From Dictyostelium discoideum (lineage: Eukaryota), in contig CM000151.3 in NCBI GenBank assembly GCA_000004695.1, positions 544,001 through 608,000 of the forward strand: a DNA stretch of 64,000 nucleotides. The letters run 5' to 3'. This document shows positions 1 through 12,920 of this stretch, piece after piece; the first letter of the stretch is position 1; each line of letters starts with the position of its first letter. A model generated the notes under the pieces. That model did not search any database. It worked only from the letters and a program-made list of their open reading frames with translations, and was not told where the DNA came from. The translations under genes were made by a program, and so were the position numbers.

Positions 1-3000
1 CACATCCAACATTATTATTTTATATTAAACAAATGGTACCATCAAGTTTAAATGAATCAGTTTCAGTTTATTCAGCACTTCATAAGAAAAAGAATGATGT
101 CGAAGAGTTTCAACAAACCATTTCAAATTTATATTGTCAAAATGGATATAATATTAATTTTAAATGTCAATTTAATAATAAAAAATCAAATCAATCAATA
201 AATTTACCACTTTACCAATGGGATGAAGAATTATATTTCACTCAAGCCCAAACTCTCGAACAACATAGAAAAGAAGGACCACCAATTGACCATCTTGGTA
301 CATCAAACTCTTATAATTCACCATTTAATAATTCATATAGAACATCAATCGATATAAAGAATAAACCATTTCTATATCTTAAAGGCCATATGGTTAAAGG
401 TAAATACTACTTCCCAGGTTGTGGTTATATTGATAATATTATTCAACTTTATAAAAATCAAGATATTTTTATTAGTTTTATTGAATTTAAAACACCATTA
501 ATTTTAATTGAAGGTATCAATCAATATTTACAAACAAACATTCAACAAACTGGTAAAAGTGAATATCGTGCACAATTTCATTTCAAAGATCAAAAATCAA
601 ATGAATGGATTCAATCATCAAATGCAAATTTCCAATTATTAGATCATGGTAATGATATACCACCAAAGTATAATATTAAAGAAATTATTGAAAACAAATG
701 TAATTTAAGCAAATTAACAAAGAATGAACTTTATACACATATAAAATCAAAAACTGGTTTAAATTATACTGGAGTTTTTCAAGGTGTTACTGAATGTTAT
801 ATAGGTGGTGATTGTACATTATCAGTTGTATCTTTAGAATCTCAAACAAACTCATTTTTAAATATACCAATATTAGATACTTGTTTACATGGAATGATAG
901 GATTGTCAAATGATCAATGTCAAATTGTATTTGATAAAGCTATTGGATTTAAATATTATTCATCAAACATACCAGCAAATTTAAAAGATTATAAAGATAG
1001 TGTTTATGTTTATTCCCATTTAAAATCAAAAAGTGTTGATTCATTCTTTGGATCTATAATAGTAATGTTATCAGATGGTTCAGTTTTATATGAAATTGAA
1101 GAAGTTGTTTGTAAATCATTAATTCCAATCAAAGATTCACTTAAAATTGAGTATCCTAATGATGAATTATACAAAGTTCATTTACAATCAAAAGATTCTC
1201 CAATTCCAACACCATCATCATTCAAATCAATTATTTATGAAAATGATTTCTTCCATTCTGCACTTAATATTCCAGAAGATTTATTCAAATATATTTCAAC
1301 ATTATTTTATAAAGATATTATAAAAAGATGTCCAGAAATTAATATCAATAAAATTAATTCTCATAGTGTTAATGAAATTATTTCAAGTTTCAGTAAAATT
1401 TCAAAACACGAAAGATTATTTAGATTTGTATTTGAAACAATAAAAGAGAATGGTATTCTTAATAGTTTGGAAGAAAATGATGATGCTTATTTCGAATTTA
1501 ATGAAGTAATTATCAAATCGTCAAGAATTATTTCAAAATTATTATTCCCACTAGAAAGTGATAATGATAATGAAGATTTACCTCAATCATTATTTCAAAA
1601 TGGTTTAATGGATAAAATTTATAAATGCAGATATTTAAGAAAGAAGAATCAAATGATTTCACATGTTATTAAACATTCAATTAAAGAGATTATTAATAAT
1701 AATATTATAATTAGAATTTTAGAATTTGGAGGAGGTACTGCATCATTATCAGTTGAAGTTATTGAAGAAATAATTGCATTACTTCAAGAGAATCCAAATT
1801 ATCAAGTTGAAATCGAATATACATGGAGTGATATTTCACCTGCATTCATAGCAGATGCAAAGAATAAAATCAATAAAATCATTAATGATGCTGCTATAAC
1901 AAATGGATTTAATGTTATTTATCGTCCATTAAAAATTGATGAATCATTGATAGAAACTCAATCAATTAATCCATCATATTATGATTTCGTTATAATGTCA
2001 AATGTTCTTCATGTTGTTAAAAATATTAAACAAGCTGTAGAACAAATGTATCAATTGTTGACTCCAAATGGTCAATTACTATTTTTAGAGCCACCTTATA
2101 AATCAGTTCTAAATGATTCAATAGTTGGTTCATTTGAACAATGGTGGTCATTCACTGATACTGATATTAGAAAAGATAGATGTAGTATGTCTCAACAAAG
2201 TTGGTGTCAATTATTAAAGACATGTAATTTTAAAGACATTGCAATGTCTAAAGAATGCATCTTTGTTGGTATTGTAATACATGCACAAAAACCACCAATT
2301 TCTTTATTGAATTCTCAACCAAAACGTGATAATATAATTATATATGGTGGTGGTAATCCAATTTTTGTAGAAAACATCAAATTATATTCAAATTCAAAAA
2401 GTTTAATTCAAATTGAAACTATTCAAGAATTTAATCAATTATTAAGTCAATCAACAATAACAAACGATTCAATCATTTATTTCATAAAAACATTAGAAAC
2501 ATTATCATTGGATAATTTTAAACAAATAACTCTTGAATATATTGAAATCAATCGAAAATTATTACAAATCAATAGTTTATGTAAACATGTATTAATTGTT
2601 AGTGATTCAAGAAAAACTAACTATTTAGCATCATCAGTTGTTGGTGCAGCAAGATACTTTGATGAATTCCAACAATTGAAACTAAATACTTTAGATTTTG
2701 ATTATGATTCAACTCAAAATTATATAAATTCAAATAATAAAGATATGGTTCAATTCATTAATATCTTGACAGATTCCAAAACAAATGTTCATAAAGAAAT
2801 GATTATAATTAATAATAAAGTATATTATGAAATAGTTCAAAAAGAGAAAAATCTAAAATTAAAATACAATTCAGAATCTTTTGAAAATCAAAATAATTTA
2901 ATGTGTTCATTATCACCAAATTTAGAATATCAATTACAATCAAAACAAATTAAATTAAGAGATAATCAAGTTGAAGTTAAAACAATTGCAACTGGTATCA

Positions 3001-6000
3001 ATTATAAAGATTATTTAAATTTTAGTGGTTCAAATAGCAACGGTGATGACAATACAGGTTTACCACAATTTGGATATGAATTTTCAGGTATTATAACAAG
3101 AGTTGGTAATAATGTAAAAGATTATAAAGTTGGTGATAATGTATTTGGTTTATCAAATTCTTGTACATCATCTCACATTGTTACAAATTATAAAAAAATT
3201 CAAATAAAACCTTCAAACCTAAGTCATAACGAAGCATCATCAATTCCAATTGATTATTTAACATCATTTATGAGTTTATTTAATATTGGTAGTTTAAATA
3301 TTGAAGATAATGAATCAATTTTAATTCATTTAGGTAGTGATGGTTTTGGATTATCAACATTTGAAATATTAAAATGGAAAGGTTTTAATTCAAATTTATT
3401 CGTTACAGTAAATTCATATGAAACTAAACGATATCTTCAAGATAATTACGGTGATTTTATTACTGGAATTTATTCAAACACAGATAAAAGTTATGTTACA
3501 GAAATAAATAAAAAATTAATTAAATTAGGTTCAAAAAAGAAAGGAGTAGATTTAATATTAAATACATTACCAAGTGATTTTATGGATTCAAATTTCAAGC
3601 TATTAGCAAAGTATGGTAGAATAATTGATTTAACGTCAAATCATTTAAATCAAAGTGAATTTTTAAAAAATATCAATTTTAAATATAATCATGGTTACCA
3701 TAACTTTGAGTTATCATTAATTCAAAAAAATAAAATTCACAAATGTTTATATGAAATTTCAAATGCTTTTGAAAATGGAGAATTAAAAACCATTCCAATT
3801 AAAGAATTTACAAATTTAAATATTAAAGATGCCATCAAATACATTACCAACAATAAAATTGAAAAAATTACAGTTAGTCATGATCATGAAATTTATAGTG
3901 ATATTATTTATAGATCTTTAGATGAAAAAGAGTTTTCAATATTAAAATCAAATTATCAAATTAATTCAAATAATTTAGGTAAAAACATATTAGTCACAGG
4001 TCAATCAGGTATTATTTTAGAAATATTAAAATGGATCATTAAATATTCAAATATTAATACAATTGAAAATGTTATTATTCTTTCAAGATCATCATTAAAA
4101 TGGGAATTAGAATTATTAATTAACGAAACTAAACTATCAAATAATAATATTAAATTTCATTTCAAGAGTGTTGATATCGGTGATAGTGAACAAGTTGATA
4201 ATGCAATCAATGAAATATTAAATGAAAACCAACAAATTACAAATATTGATTCAATATACCATTTTGCATTTCAACAAATTACATGTAAAGTTCAAGAAAT
4301 CAATATGAAACATTTAGATATTTCACATGGAGCAAAATCAATGGGAGCAATTAATTTACATAATCAATCAATTAAACGTAATTGGAAATTAATTAATTTT
4401 GTTATGGCTTCATCTGCAATTTCATTAATAGGTTCAACTGATTTATGTACATATGTTTGTGCAAATGCATTATTAGATTCATTTTCAAAATACAGAGAAT
4501 CACTTGGATTACCATCAACTTGCATTTGCCTTGGTGCAATTGAATCAACTGGTTTCGTTTCAAAGAATGAATCAGTTTCAGTATTTTTAGACGGTGGTGG
4601 TTTCCATCCAACACCAATCAATCAAGTTTTAGGCCTTTTAGATTTACAAATTCAAAATGCTGGTAAATTCACAAATTCAATGCTTTCAAATTTCAAACCC
4701 TCAAAATTTAAAAATAATCAACAAACATCATTATTTTTAAAATTTGATTACTTGATGAATTTAAAAAACAATAGCGAAGAAACCAAAATAGAGAATACTG
4801 GAAATAAGAACATTGATGAATTATTCATTGAGAAAGTTTCAGAATTATTTTCAATGGATGAATCAAAGATAAATAAAAATCTTAGATTAATCGATTATGG
4901 TGCAGATTCACTAATAATAGTTCAATTAAAAAATTGGATAGATAAAGAAATTGGTATAAATTTAATAACAATTCAACAACTTCAAAACAATACAATTAGC
5001 ACTTCAATGAAAATGATATTAAATTCATTAATGAAAAATAATCAAAATATAGATGACAATAATAAAGACCTACCTTCAAATAGAATCGATTATTGGAAGA
5101 ATGAAATGAAATTTGAAGAGTCTATTAAACCAATATCAAATGAAATACAATCAAGGAATAATTCAGAAAAAATTATTTTATTAACCGGTACAACTGGTTT
5201 TTTAGGTGGTTTCTTATTATTCAATATGGTAAGATTAGATTCATGTAAATTAATTTATTGTTTAATTAGAAATAAAAGTAAATCAAATAATCCATTAGAT
5301 GAAATTATAAATAATTTAAAATATCATCAACTTTATGAAAAATTAAATCAATCACAAATTTCAAAGATTATACCAATTATTGGTGATTTATCAATGAATA
5401 AACTTGGTCTTTCAAATGATGATTATGAAACAATTTCAAAAAATGTAAATTTAATAATCAATCCAGGTGCAGATATTAATCAAAAATCAAGTTACCAAGA
5501 TTGTAAATTAGTAAATGTAAATGGAGTAAAAGAAATTATTAAATTATCATTATCATCATTAAAACAAAGGATACCAATTGTAAACTTTTCATCATTTTCA
5601 GTATTTTTCAATCAATCACTTGATAAGAATTTTGATGAATCAGTTTTACCATCAATTGATAATATTGATAATTTACCAACAGAATATATGAAGAGTAAAG
5701 TTGTTGGTGAATATATTTTATTGGAAGCTTCTAAAAAATATAATATACCATCAATTTTAATTAGACCACCAAGTATATTTTTAAATCCAGAAACAGGTAT
5801 TGGTCATATTAGTGACTTCTCTTTATTATCAATCCAATCATGTTATGAATTAGGTTATTATCCAAATCAATTTGAAAATGATTTTATTTTAATTAATACA
5901 ATTACATGGTTATCAAATAATATTACAAATATTATAATGAATGATAATTGTTGGACAGATTCAAAAATGAATATTTATAATGTACATGGTAAACAAATTC

Positions 6001-6308
6001 AATCAAGTTTAATAATTAAACCACTTGAAAAACATTTCAATTGTAAACATATCAATACTAATGATTGGATTGATATGGTAAATAATTCAAATAAAAAATC
6101 ATGTATTAAATTAAAATCATTCCATTCTTTGGATATAATTTTAAAAAGTGAAAACAATAGATATAAACCCAATGAAAATCAAAGCATATCATTATCAACC
6201 AAATCATTACTAGAATCAATGGGCTCATACAACACTGATCTTGAAATCACTGATAAAATGATTATTTCTCATATTAATCAAATTTTTAATTTAAATGAAA
6301 CAATTTAA
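1..6308 (+). CDS. Type I modular polyketide synthase, C-terminal portion (5' end lies outside the window). Domains seen: dehydratase, C-methyltransferase, enoyl reductase, ketoreductase, acyl carrier protein, C-terminal NAD(P)-binding reductase-like domain.
   Basis: The reading frame is open from the window edge; the first Met of the ORF track is at 33. Motifs read directly from the translation: DH 'HMVKGKYYFPG' (HxxxGxxxxP); SAM-methyltransferase 'LEFGGGTASLS'; ER 'LRDNQVEVKTIATGINYKDYL'; KR Rossmann 'ILVTGQSGIILEIL'; ACP 'DYGADSLIIVQL' (DSL phosphopantetheine site); C-terminal 'ILLTGTTGFLGGFLL' reductase/epimerase-type NAD-binding fold. Stop at 6308. Confidence 0.85.
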   Translation, partial: HPTLLFYIKQMVPSSLNESVSVYSALHKKKNDVEEFQQTISNLYCQNGYNINFKCQFNNKKSNQSINLPLYQWDEELYFTQAQTLEQHRKEGPPIDHLGTSNSYNSPFNNSYRTSIDIKNKPFLYLKGHMVKGKYYFPGCGYIDNIIQLYKNQDIFISFIEFKTPLILIEGINQYLQTNIQQTGKSEYRAQFHFKDQKSNEWIQSSNANFQLLDHGNDIPPKYNIKEIIENKCNLSKLTKNELYTHIKSKTGLNYTGVFQGVTECYIGGDCTLSVVSLESQTNSFLNIPILDTCLHGMIGLSNDQCQIVFDKAIGFKYYSSNIPANLKDYKDSVYVYSHLKSKSVDSFFGSIIVMLSDGSVLYEIEEVVCKSLIPIKDSLKIEYPNDELYKVHLQSKDSPIPTPSSFKSIIYENDFFHSALNIPEDLFKYISTLFYKDIIKRCPEININKINSHSVNEIISSFSKISKHERLFRFVFETIKENGILNSLEENDDAYFEFNEVIIKSSRIISKLLFPLESDNDNEDLPQSLFQNGLMDKIYKCRYLRKKNQMISHVIKHSIKEIINNNIIIRILEFGGGTASLSVEVIEEIIALLQENPNYQVEIEYTWSDISPAFIADAKNKINKIINDAAITNGFNVIYRPLKIDESLIETQSINPSYYDFVIMSNVLHVVKNIKQAVEQMYQLLTPNGQLLFLEPPYKSVLNDSIVGSFEQWWSFTDTDIRKDRCSMSQQSWCQLLKTCNFKDIAMSKECIFVGIVIHAQKPPISLLNSQPKRDNIIIYGGGNPIFVENIKLYSNSKSLIQIETIQEFNQLLSQSTITNDSIIYFIKTLETLSLDNFKQITLEYIEINRKLLQINSLCKHVLIVSDSRKTNYLASSVVGAARYFDEFQQLKLNTLDFDYDSTQNYINSNNKDMVQFINILTDSKTNVHKEMIIINNKVYYEIVQKEKNLKLKYNSESFENQNNLMCSLSPNLEYQLQSKQIKLRDNQVEVKTIATGINYKDYLNFSGSNSNGDDNTGLPQFGYEFSGIITRVGNNVKDYKVGDNVFGLSNSCTSSHIVTNYKKIQIKPSNLSHNEASSIPIDYLTSFMSLFNIGSLNIEDNESILIHLGSDGFGLSTFEILKWKGFNSNLFVTVNSYETKRYLQDNYGDFITGIYSNTDKSYVTEINKKLIKLGSKKKGVDLILNTLPSDFMDSNFKLLAKYGRIIDLTSNHLNQSEFLKNINFKYNHGYHNFELSLIQKNKIHKCLYEISNAFENGELKTIPIKEFTNLNIKDAIKYITNNKIEKITVSHDHEIYSDIIYRSLDEKEFSILKSNYQINSNNLGKNILVTGQSGIILEILKWIIKYSNINTIENVIILSRSSLKWELELLINETKLSNNNIKFHFKSVDIGDSEQVDNAINEILNENQQITNIDSIYHFAFQQITCKVQEINMKHLDISHGAKSMGAINLHNQSIKRNWKLINFVMASSAISLIGSTDLCTYVCANALLDSFSKYRESLGLPSTCICLGAIESTGFVSKNESVSVFLDGGGFHPTPINQVLGLLDLQIQNAGKFTNSMLSNFKPSKFKNNQQTSLFLKFDYLMNLKNNSEETKIENTGNKNIDELFIEKVSELFSMDESKINKNLRLIDYGADSLIIVQLKNWIDKEIGINLITIQQLQNNTISTSMKMILNSLMKNNQNIDDNNKDLPSNRIDYWKNEMKFEESIKPISNEIQSRNNSEKIILLTGTTGFLGGFLLFNMVRLDSCKLIYCLIRNKSKSNNPLDEIINNLKYHQLYEKLNQSQISKIIPIIGDLSMNKLGLSNDDYETISKNVNLIINPGADINQKSSYQDCKLVNVNGVKEIIKLSLSSLKQRIPIVNFSSFSVFFNQSLDKNFDESVLPSIDNIDNLPTEYMKSKVVGEYILLEASKKYNIPSILIRPPSIFLNPETGIGHISDFSLLSIQSCYELGYYPNQFENDFILINTITWLSNNITNIIMNDNCWTDSKMNIYNVHGKQIQSSLIIKPLEKHFNCKHINTNDWIDMVNNSNKKSCIKLKSFHSLDIILKSENNRYKPNENQSISLSTKSLLESMGSYNTDLEITDKMIISHINQIFNLNETI

Positions 6309-6426
6309 TTAAAAAATAAAATTTTAAAATTTTAATAAATATAAATATAATTTTTAATTTATTTATTTTTTTTTATTATTACTATTATTATTATTATTAT
6401 TATTATTATTTTTTAATTAATTAATT

Positions 6427-7398
6427 TTAACCTCTTGAAATATCTCTACCGAAAACACTACTCTTTAACCAATCGAAAGAGACTAAAGCACGATTTCTAA
6501 CACTTAAAAGTTTAGTGAAATATACACTTCTCCAGAGGTAATAAGTGATATAACCTTCAGAGACAGTTGTTGAATGATCACCTTTGAATTCAGCTACAGC
6601 TTGATGATCACCAACATAAGCTAAAGTACCCATATGTTTATATTTAAATAATGGTTTCTCTTTGACGGCTTCCTCAAAGCTTTTATTTGAACCAGTGATT
6701 GAATTGAAAAGGTTTAATTTCTCTTGTTGTTTTTCTTTTTCCTCTTTATGTGCATCTGGATTCTCTCTCTTTTTAATGAGATCATTATTCATTTCCTCTG
6801 CCAATTGATTGAATAATCTGCCTAAATAACGACCTTGTTGAGAAGCAACTTGAGCAGTTTGAGCCAATGGTTTTGATGGATTAATTGAAGCATCACCAAT
6901 TGACCAAATTCCATCAGTACCAGCCACTCTGAAATAATCATCAACAACCAAACCTCTTCTATTGTTTTGAATATTTGGTCCGATCGATTGCATAATTTGA
7001 GTGGTAATCTTTCTTGGTGTATTACCGGTTGCCCATACTAATAAACCGTATGGATGAATTGATTCCTCTTTGGTTGTAGTATTCTTTACTGTAATCTCTT
7101 TCTCTCTAACTCCAACAACTGCTGTCTTTGTCCAAATCTTTGTATTGTTTGAACTTTGAAGACGTTTTTCAACATGATCAATAATCTTCTTATCAAAAAT
7201 TGTTAAAATATGTGGAAGTGCTTCAACTAATGTAACATTAATTCTCTTTGCTAATGGATATGTTTTTAATAAATCTGATTGAAGGAAATCATTTAATTCT
7301 GCTGTAAATTCAACACCAGATGGACCTAAAATAAAAATAAAAAAATAAAAAATAAAAAATAAAAAAATTTGAAAATTAAAAATGATTAGGACAGCGAG

Positions 7399-7429
<31 letters not shown>

Positions 7430-8387
7430 GGGAAAAATATATAAATAAACTTACCACCACCAACTACAACGAAATTTAATAAACGATCAATTTCTTTTTC
7501 AGGTTGACCAGGATAAGAAGCAGTTTCAAGACAATCAATAATTTTATCTCTAATGTTACGAGTATCATTAATTTCTTTTAAGAAACAAGCATTCTCTTTT
7601 ACACCTGGAATACCAAAGGTTTGATTATCGGCACCGACACCAACGATCAAATGATCATACTCTAATTCGAATTCTGAAACTTCACCTTTTACAGCACTAT
7701 TATCATAACATTTAACCTTTTTAGAAACTGGATCAACTGATAAACATTCTGCTTCATAAAAAGTTGCATCCTCTGCATCTGCTCTCTTACAATACTTTCT
7801 AATTGGTTCCATAATTGATCTAACTTCAACTGTACCTGTTGTACCACCAACTAATAATGGTGTAAATAAAAAGTAATTTCTTTTTTTTTTTTTTTAAATT
7901 TAAAATAAATTAGTAAATAAGATTAAAATAAAAATAAAATTAAATAATTTAATTACCTTGGTGAAATGATTGTAACATCAAATAAATCAGTATGTAATTT
8001 TCTTAAGAAACATAATGAACCCCAACCAGTACCAAGAATGACAACTTTTGGTCTTTTCTTTCTTTCACTTTCTGGTAATCTAGTTCTAAATTTATCAGTG
8101 ACTGAATCGAAATCATCATTAACCACCATATCAATTATCCAAAAACCACCTAAACCTGCTACTGCTAATCCACCCCAAAATGCAAATTTATTCATTTTCT
8201 TTTTTGGTTCTTGTTCTTTTTGTTGTTGTTGTTGTTGATTTTGTTCATTATTATTACTATTATCAGTTGATGTCGAAAATCTTTGTATAAATTGTGTTTG
8301 ATTATTTTTACATGCGACAATACGATTTGTTGACACTGTTTTAATTAATTGATTTTTATTAACTTTTGAAAATGCTCTTGAAATCAT
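6427..8387 (-). CDS. Type II (alternative, rotenone-insensitive) NADH dehydrogenase NDH-2, mitochondrial. Three exons: 8387..7957, 7879..7455, 7325..6427.
   Basis: Exon 1 gives the first dinucleotide-binding motif 'KVVILGTGWGS' and 'ISPR'. Splicing the 79-nt AT-rich intron gives 'ISPR|NYFLFTPLL', the conserved NDH-2 motif. Exon 2 ends 'VVVGGG' with donor g|GTAAGT, and exon 3 begins 'PSGVEFTAEL', completing the second GxGxxG motif. The N-terminus has a presequence-like region followed by a hydrophobic anchor. Phases are consistent (2, 1) and the total is about 584 aa. Confidence 0.85.
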
Positions 8388-9199
8388 TTTTTAATTTATT
8401 TATTTTATTAATTTATTTATTTTATTAATTTGTTTATTTTTTATTTATTTATTTATTTTTGGAAAAAAAAAAAAAAATTAAAAGGTTTTAATTTTTATAA
8501 ATCTTTGAAAAAAAAAAAAAAAAAATTGAAAAATAAAAATAGAAAAATAAAAAAAAAGTTATTATTATAACTTTATAATTAGTTGTAGTTTGTGAAGTGA
8601 GAAAAAAAAATGAAGAAAAAAAAAAAAAAAAAAATTCAAAAAAAAAATAAAAAAAATATAATACCACAAAAAAAAAAAAAAAAACAGTAGGACCTGCATA
8701 GGTCGGGGCAAATTTTACGTATTTGCCACCATACTGTTAGATTTTTATTTTTTTTTTTTTATTTTTTTTTTTTTTTTTTCGGAAATGAAATGGCTTTCGT
8801 TTTTGATCACCTGGTATGAAAAAAATAAAAATTATGCACCCAACCCAAAAACAAAAAAAAAAAAAAAAAAAATTAAAAAAAATATTAAAAAAAAAATTTT
8901 TGAAATCAAATATGATATTTTCCCATATTAATTAATTTGGGAAATAATATTTTTTTTATTTATCAATTTTATTATATTTTTATTTTATTTTATTTTATAT
9001 TTTATATTATATTATTTACAAAAATAGAATTTTTATTTTTTATTTTTTATTTTTTTTAATTCTGCAATTATTTTCTAATTAAAAAAAAATGAAAGGGTGA
9101 TTACTATATAAATAAAAACAAAACAAAAAATAAAAGGGCTCTACTTTTTTTGTTAATTTAATTTAATTTTTTTATTTTATTTTTTTTTTTTTTTTTTTT

Positions 9200-9238
<39 letters not shown>

Positions 9239-9299
9239 AAAACGAATTTTTTTTTTTTTATTTTAATTTTTATTTTTCTGAAATAATTGTAATAATAAT

Positions 9300-9863
9300 A
9301 TGTTAAAGTTTTGTAGTAAGACTAAAATACTATTTGGTAGTTTGAATGGTGGAATCATTTCAACATCCATTTTTAAAAGAGATTTTTCAAAAATTCCAAT
9401 TAGAACTTCAATTTTTAATAATCAAACCAGCATTCCAAAAAGAATGATGATGATAAAAATTGAAGGTGAAGGAACTGTAAAAAAAGAATTAACAAATGAA
9501 GAGAAACAAAAGATTAAAGAGAAAAAGAAAAAAGAACAAATTGAAAGAAATGCATTAAAAAAACAGAATCGTGCTGCAATGATTGAAAGATCAAAAGAAC
9601 TTAAAAAGACTAAAAAGGAAAAAGATATTCAATCAAATGAAAAGAAATCTCAAAATACCAAAAATAAAGATAAAGATGATGACGATGATTACTATGATGA
9701 AGATGACGAAGATGATGAAGATGAACATGAAAAAAAAGGCGAAAGTGATGAAATTATAGATTTTGCTGAAGGTGATGGAGAAACATACTTTCCAAAAAAA
9801 GAAAAAGTTAAAGTAAAACCAAATAAAAAGAAACCAAACAATGATAAAGGTTTTCGTAGATGA
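9300..9863 (+). CDS. Hypothetical K/E/D-rich low-complexity protein (187 aa)
   Basis: An isolated ORF inside an otherwise A/T homopolymer-rich intergenic stretch. The basic N-terminus is followed by a KEKK-rich region and an acidic DDDDDYYDEDDEDDEDE patch. No recognisable domain; coding status is uncertain. Confidence 0.3.
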   Translation: MLKFCSKTKILFGSLNGGIISTSIFKRDFSKIPIRTSIFNNQTSIPKRMMMIKIEGEGTVKKELTNEEKQKIKEKKKKEQIERNALKKQNRAAMIERSKELKKTKKEKDIQSNEKKSQNTKNKDKDDDDDYYDEDDEDDEDEHEKKGESDEIIDFAEGDGETYFPKKEKVKVKPNKKKPNNDKGFRR

Positions 9864-10118
9864 TTTTAATATACAAATGTAAAAAAAAATAAAAAATAAA
9901 AAATAAAAAATAAAAAATAAAAAATAAAAAATAAAATAATAATAAAAAAAAAAAAGATATTATAATTTAAATTATTATTTATTTTTTTATTTTTTTAAAT
10001 CTGATCAATTTGTTTGGGTTGAAAAAAATAAAAAAAATTAATTTAAAAAAAAAAAAATGGAAAAAATTGAAAAAAAATAAAATCTAAAAAAAAAAGATAC
10101 AGACAAAATGGTATCAGT

Positions 10119-10155
10119 TTTTTTTTTTTGTTTTGTTTTGTTTTGTTTTGTTTTG

Positions 10156-10186
<31 letters not shown>

Positions 10187-10190
10187 TTTA
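10119..10190. repeat. (TTTTG)n microsatellite, about 13 units
   Basis: Direct read: 'ttttgttttgttttg...' in an intergenic region. Confidence 0.9.
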
Positions 10191-10532
10191 TTTTATTTTG
10201 TTTTTTTTTTTTTATATTTTTATATTTTTATATTTTTATTTATATATTTTATTATAATAAAATTCTCTCCAACCAAATAAATATCTTTGAGTGGGTGGGG
10301 GTGTTAATCAAAACTCCACGTTTCTTTGGTGATTTAAAAATCATAGCATCCTTTTTGGAGGAGTGGTTAAATATAAACTGTATTTTAAAAAAAAAAAAAA
10401 AGAAATGAAAATAATATAAATATTTAAAAAGTGCTATATTAAACCTTGGTTATAATAATAAGATTTTTGTGTATTCACAATTTTGTGAAACTTTTTTTTT
10501 AATTTTTTTTTTTTCCTTTTTTTTTTTCTTTT

Positions 10533-10564
<32 letters not shown>

Positions 10565-10756
10565 TATTTTATTTTTTTATTTTTTTTTCAGTCCCAAAAA
10601 ATCAAAAAAAAAAAAAAAAAAATAAAAAAAAAAAGAGTGTTTTTTAATTTATTTTATTTATTTTTATTTATTTCATTATTTTTGTATTGTAGAGTTTATA
10701 TCTAAACAATAAAATAATTTTGTAAAATTTATATATCTTTACTTTGTTCGAAAATC

Positions 10757-10798
<42 letters not shown>

Positions 10799-11495
10799 CC
10801 ACACTAATGCAAATAGATTTTAACAATACATTTACATACACACATATATAAATAAATATATATATTTTTTTATTTTTTTTTTATTCTCAACTTTCAAATT
10901 TAACAATTTGTTGAATCATCAAATTAGGAGAACTTGTGTTAACACTCTTCACCACACTCACACACTTAAATATAAATATACAAATATCTTTTTTTATTTT
11001 TTTTTATTTTTTTTATTATTTTTATTATTTTTATTCTATTTTCTAATTTATATAAATAAATATATATTACTTTCACAATTAAAATTTAACACCATCGAAA
11101 TAAATACAATAAAAAAAAATAAAAAAATAAAAAATAAAATAAAATAAAAATAAAATTAAAATAAAACAATTTATTAATACATTCACACACAAAAAATAAA
11201 ACAAACAAAAAACGGTACACCCACCCTCACATTTTTTTTTTTTTTTATTTTCTTTTTTTGGATTGTTTTTTTTTTTAATTTTTTTTTTTTTTATTTAAAT
11301 AAAAAAATTTAATTACTCTTTTGGTTTAATTTTTTATAAAAAAAAAAAAAAAAAAAAAAAAAACTTTTTTTAGACAAAATAAAAAATAAAAAAATAAAAA
11401 AATAAAAAATAAAATAAAAAATAAAATAAAACATAAAATAAAACTTAAAATCCAAAAAACAAACAAACAAATAAATAAAAAAATAAATAAAAGAA

Positions 11496-12920
<1,425 letters not shown>

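Noticed and set aside
4364-4621. Antisense ORFs inside the PKS gene (4364-4621, 4402-4617)
   Set aside because: They are short, overlap a strongly supported sense CDS, and have no features of their own.
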